The notes beneath the pieces were generated by a model that saw nothing but the letters and a program-made list of their open reading frames with translations, made no database searches and was not told the DNA's origin. Positions 61,866 through 64,000 of a stretch of 64,000 nt of DNA are shown in pieces. The position numbers were made by a program, and so were the translations under genes. Position 1 is the first letter of the stretch. Each line of letters starts with the position of its first letter. Origin of the DNA: Parachlamydiales bacterium (GTDB taxonomy: Bacteria; Chlamydiota; Chlamydiia; Chlamydiales; SM23-39). The stretch is taken from the NCBI GenBank assembly GCA_019694475.1, contig JAIBBX010000001.1, positions 384,001-448,000 on the forward strand. The letters are read 5' to 3'.

Positions 61866-62772
61866 GAACCATCTCCAAATCATTGATTTTTTCAATTGAA
61901 GCGCATGAAGCAACCCCAATCTTTTTATTGAGGCCTGTGAGAGTCTTCCCGCAGCCGATTTCCAAATAGAGCTCGATCCCTTCTCGTTTCATCGCTTCAA
62001 TCCCCTGCTCCCATTTGACCGACTGGGTCACTTGAGCTTCGAGATTGCAGCGCACGGCATCGACACCATTTACAAAGTCTCCGGTGACATTCATCACAAA
62101 ACCGATATTGCTATCTTGAATCTGCGCGAGGTCGATAAACGGTTTTAGCCCATCTTGCGCTTTTTGCATCAGTCCGCTGTGGAAAGCTCCGTGAACGGTC
62201 AAAGGAATGACCCGTTTAGCGCCTCTTTCTTTGAGCACAATACCCGCCTTCTCAATTCCTTCTTTCGTTCCCGAAATGACCGTCTGGCCTGGGGCATTGA
62301 AATTAGCAACCCATACGCCCTGCAGTCCCTTGACTCCCTCAACGATTTGCTCTGCGCTCATCCCCAAAACGGCGGCCATTGTTCCTGGCACCTTTTCGCA
62401 AGCTTCATTCATCAAACGAGCCCGTTCTCTGACGAGCAATAAAGTTTCTTTGAATCCAAGCCGTCCCGATGCGCAAAGAGCTGTATATTCTCCCAGACTC
62501 AATCCTGCACATGCCGCAGGTATAAGGTCAGGGAGCTGCTGCTGGGCTGTACGTAAAAGGGCCATACTGACTACAAAGATGGCGAGCTGGCTATTGCGGG
62601 TTTCAGTGAGAAGATCCATTGGACCTTCAAAAATAATTTTGGAGAGCCCCTCTTTTAAGAGGTCGTCAGCTTCCTGAAAAGTCTCTTTTGCAATGGCAAA
62701 AGAGTCATAGAAATCTTTACCCATGCCGACAGTTTGCGCGCCTTGCCCTGGGAATACAAATGCGATCTTCAT
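61852..62772 (-). CDS. fabD: malonyl CoA-ACP transacylase
   Basis: FPGQGAQ, active-site GLSLGEY, and HSGLM-like AFHSGLM. Confidence 0.92.
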   Translation of the reverse strand: MKIAFVFPGQGAQTVGMGKDFYDSFAIAKETFQEADDLLKEGLSKIIFEGPMDLLTETRNSQLAIFVVSMALLRTAQQQLPDLIPAACAGLSLGEYTALCASGRLGFKETLLLVRERARLMNEACEKVPGTMAAVLGMSAEQIVEGVKGLQGVWVANFNAPGQTVISGTKEGIEKAGIVLKERGAKRVIPLTVHGAFHSGLMQKAQDGLKPFIDLAQIQDSNIGFVMNVTGDFVNGVDAVRCNLEAQVTQSVKWEQGIEAMKREGIELYLEIGCGKTLTGLNKKIGVASCASIEKINDLEMVHAAT

Positions 62773-63761
62773 TCAGCCCCCAAAATGCCTGCGCCCCAAG
62801 TGAGTCCTGCTCCAAATGCGGTGAGGAGGATCTTTTCTCCTGGCTGGAGAGGCCCTCTTCTAAGGAGCTCATCGAGCGCAATTCCTACCGACGAAGCGGA
62901 GGTGTTGCCATATTTTTGCACGGTTTTAAAAATTCGCTCTTGCGGCAAGTGCTCGAAGCGCTTGGCAATCGCATCAATAATCCGCATGTTGGCCTGATGA
63001 GGAATCAGCCAGCTGATCTCTTTCTCGGTCAGACCTGCTCCCTCTAAACAATCCTTACATGCCGCTTCCATTCTCCGGACGGCGTGCTTAAAGACTTCAT
63101 TTCCGGCCATTTTGATATAATGTTCGCAACTGGCCACGCTTTCTAAGGTTGCGGGCTTACGGCTGCCGCCAGCGGGCATTATGATGAGATCGGCCTGATC
63201 TCCATCGGCTCCTAGCTGGATATTTTCGACGACAAGCCCTTTTCCTTCGGAGGAAATAACGCAAGCTGCGGCGCCGTCGCCGAAAAGAATGCAGGTGGAC
63301 CTGTCTTTATAATTAGTAATCGCGGAGAGTTTTTCCGCTGCGATGATAAGAACATTTTTATAAAGGCCGCTTTCAACAAATGATTTGGCCATTGAGAGAA
63401 GATAAAGAAAACCGGTGCACGCTGCTTGAACATCAGCGCCGGCGGCCTTTTTGGCGCCGATCGAGCTTTGAATCAGACATGCGGTGCTGGGAAAAGCATA
63501 ATCAGGCGTAAGGGTTGCAACCAAGATGAAATCGATCTGATCCGGAGTCATATTGGCATTCGCAAGGGCCTCCAAGGCAGCCTTCGCTCCCATGTGCGAG
63601 GTGAACTCATCATCCTTAGCGATGCGCCTTTCCTTCATGCCCGTGCGAGTGACAATCCACTCGTCAGAAGTATCAACGATTTTTTCCAAATCTTGATTGG
63701 TAAGGACTTTTTCGGGCAGGTAAGACCCGGTACCTATAATTTTTGCTTTTCTTCTCGTCAT
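62769..63761 (-). CDS. fabH: 3-oxoacyl-[ACP] synthase III
   Basis: IIGTGSYLPEKVLTN, active-site AACTGF, HQANMRII and GNTSASS. Start moved to ATG 63761. Confidence 0.92.
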   Translation of the reverse strand: MTRRKAKIIGTGSYLPEKVLTNQDLEKIVDTSDEWIVTRTGMKERRIAKDDEFTSHMGAKAALEALANANMTPDQIDFILVATLTPDYAFPSTACLIQSSIGAKKAAGADVQAACTGFLYLLSMAKSFVESGLYKNVLIIAAEKLSAITNYKDRSTCILFGDGAAACVISSEGKGLVVENIQLGADGDQADLIIMPAGGSRKPATLESVASCEHYIKMAGNEVFKHAVRRMEAACKDCLEGAGLTEKEISWLIPHQANMRIIDAIAKRFEHLPQERIFKTVQKYGNTSASSVGIALDELLRRGPLQPGEKILLTAFGAGLTWGAGILGAE

Positions 63762-63890
63762 ATATGGGTGCGAGTTTAGCCGATTCGCCTTTAATTTGGA
63801 AGAAACCTTTCGCCAACTCAATATTTAAACACTCAGCAAAAAAACCTTGATACTTGAAAATTTCGTATATACAACCTAAGATAAATACTT

Positions 63891-64000
63891 ATGGCGCATA
63901 GATTCCCGGAAGAGCTTCTCAAACTAATCGGCCTTTTGAAAAAGTGGCCAGGCGTCGGCACGCGTACGGCCGAACGGTTTGCATTTGAACTTCTCTCATG
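63891..64000 (+). CDS. recR: recombination protein RecR, first 36 codons only (runs off window)
   Basis: Not in the ORF track. ATG at 63891 translates to MAHRFPEELLKLIGLLKKWPGVGTRTAERFAFELLS, the RecR helix-hairpin-helix N-terminus. Sits next to fabH, as in Chlamydia. Confidence 0.7.
   Translation, partial: MAHRFPEELLKLIGLLKKWPGVGTRTAERFAFELLS

Noticed and set aside
1-64000. Looked for CRISPR arrays, tRNA/rRNA genes, integrases, transposases, restriction-modification or known defence-system genes
   Set aside because: I found no direct-repeat/spacer arrays, no cloverleaf-like sequences in intergenic gaps, and no recombinase, RT, helicase-nuclease, TIR or SIR2 motifs in any ORF. The only mobile-element-like features are the non-autonomous repeats listed above.

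Overview
This 64-kb chromosomal window reads like an environmental (Chlamydia-like) member of the Chlamydiae. It holds about 62 densely packed protein genes, many joined by 4-nt ATGA start/stop overlaps.

Housekeeping content:
- the classical menaquinone pathway, with menD at the 5' edge and menH-menB-menA-menC-menE further in
- prs, yidC-dnaA and glgX
- a PP2C/NifS/CNNM block
- ftsB-like, dcd-ruvB-spoIID and mazG
- pepA-ssb, lgt, rlmH, acpS, trxB and proC
- acpP-fabG-fabD-fabH, plus the first 36 codons of recR at the 3' edge

Chlamydial hallmarks:
- a CesT-family type III secretion chaperone resembling Slc1/CT043, next to glgX
- a Hanks-type Ser/Thr kinase
- Inc-like proteins with bilobed hydrophobic segments
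- an NTT-like transporter

One RNA gene is absent from the ORF track: an SRP (4.5S) RNA at 34868-34962 with a good promoter. I saw no tRNA, rRNA, CRISPR array, integrase or transposase.

Most interesting non-core content, in my order of priority:
1. A translationally coupled three-gene module at 55640-60128: an NTT-like MFS fused to HEAT repeats, a cNMP-binding protein, and a HAMP protein with a degenerate SpoIIE/PP2C domain.
2. Two 95%-identical 173-bp palindromic repeats at 17650 and 47703. They sit on the two halves of a broken lgt|yidC junction, so a 30-kb inversion between them would restore lgt-yidC-dnaA.
3. A 1-kb AT-rich islet carrying a frameshifted DUF3800 gene. It is bracketed by 103-bp direct repeats that duplicate the overlapping 3' ends of two convergent genes.
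4. A two-partner secretion pair (tpsA-tpsB) inside an 8.5-kb block that splits the men operon.
5. A MITE-like element with 40-bp inverted repeats enclosing a GxxExxY-family gene relic.
6. An AT-rich NOX-like ferric-reductase/FNR gene.
7. A CPBP protease paired with an Inc-like/glycine-zipper protein.

All functional calls rest on motifs read by eye. No database search was run.
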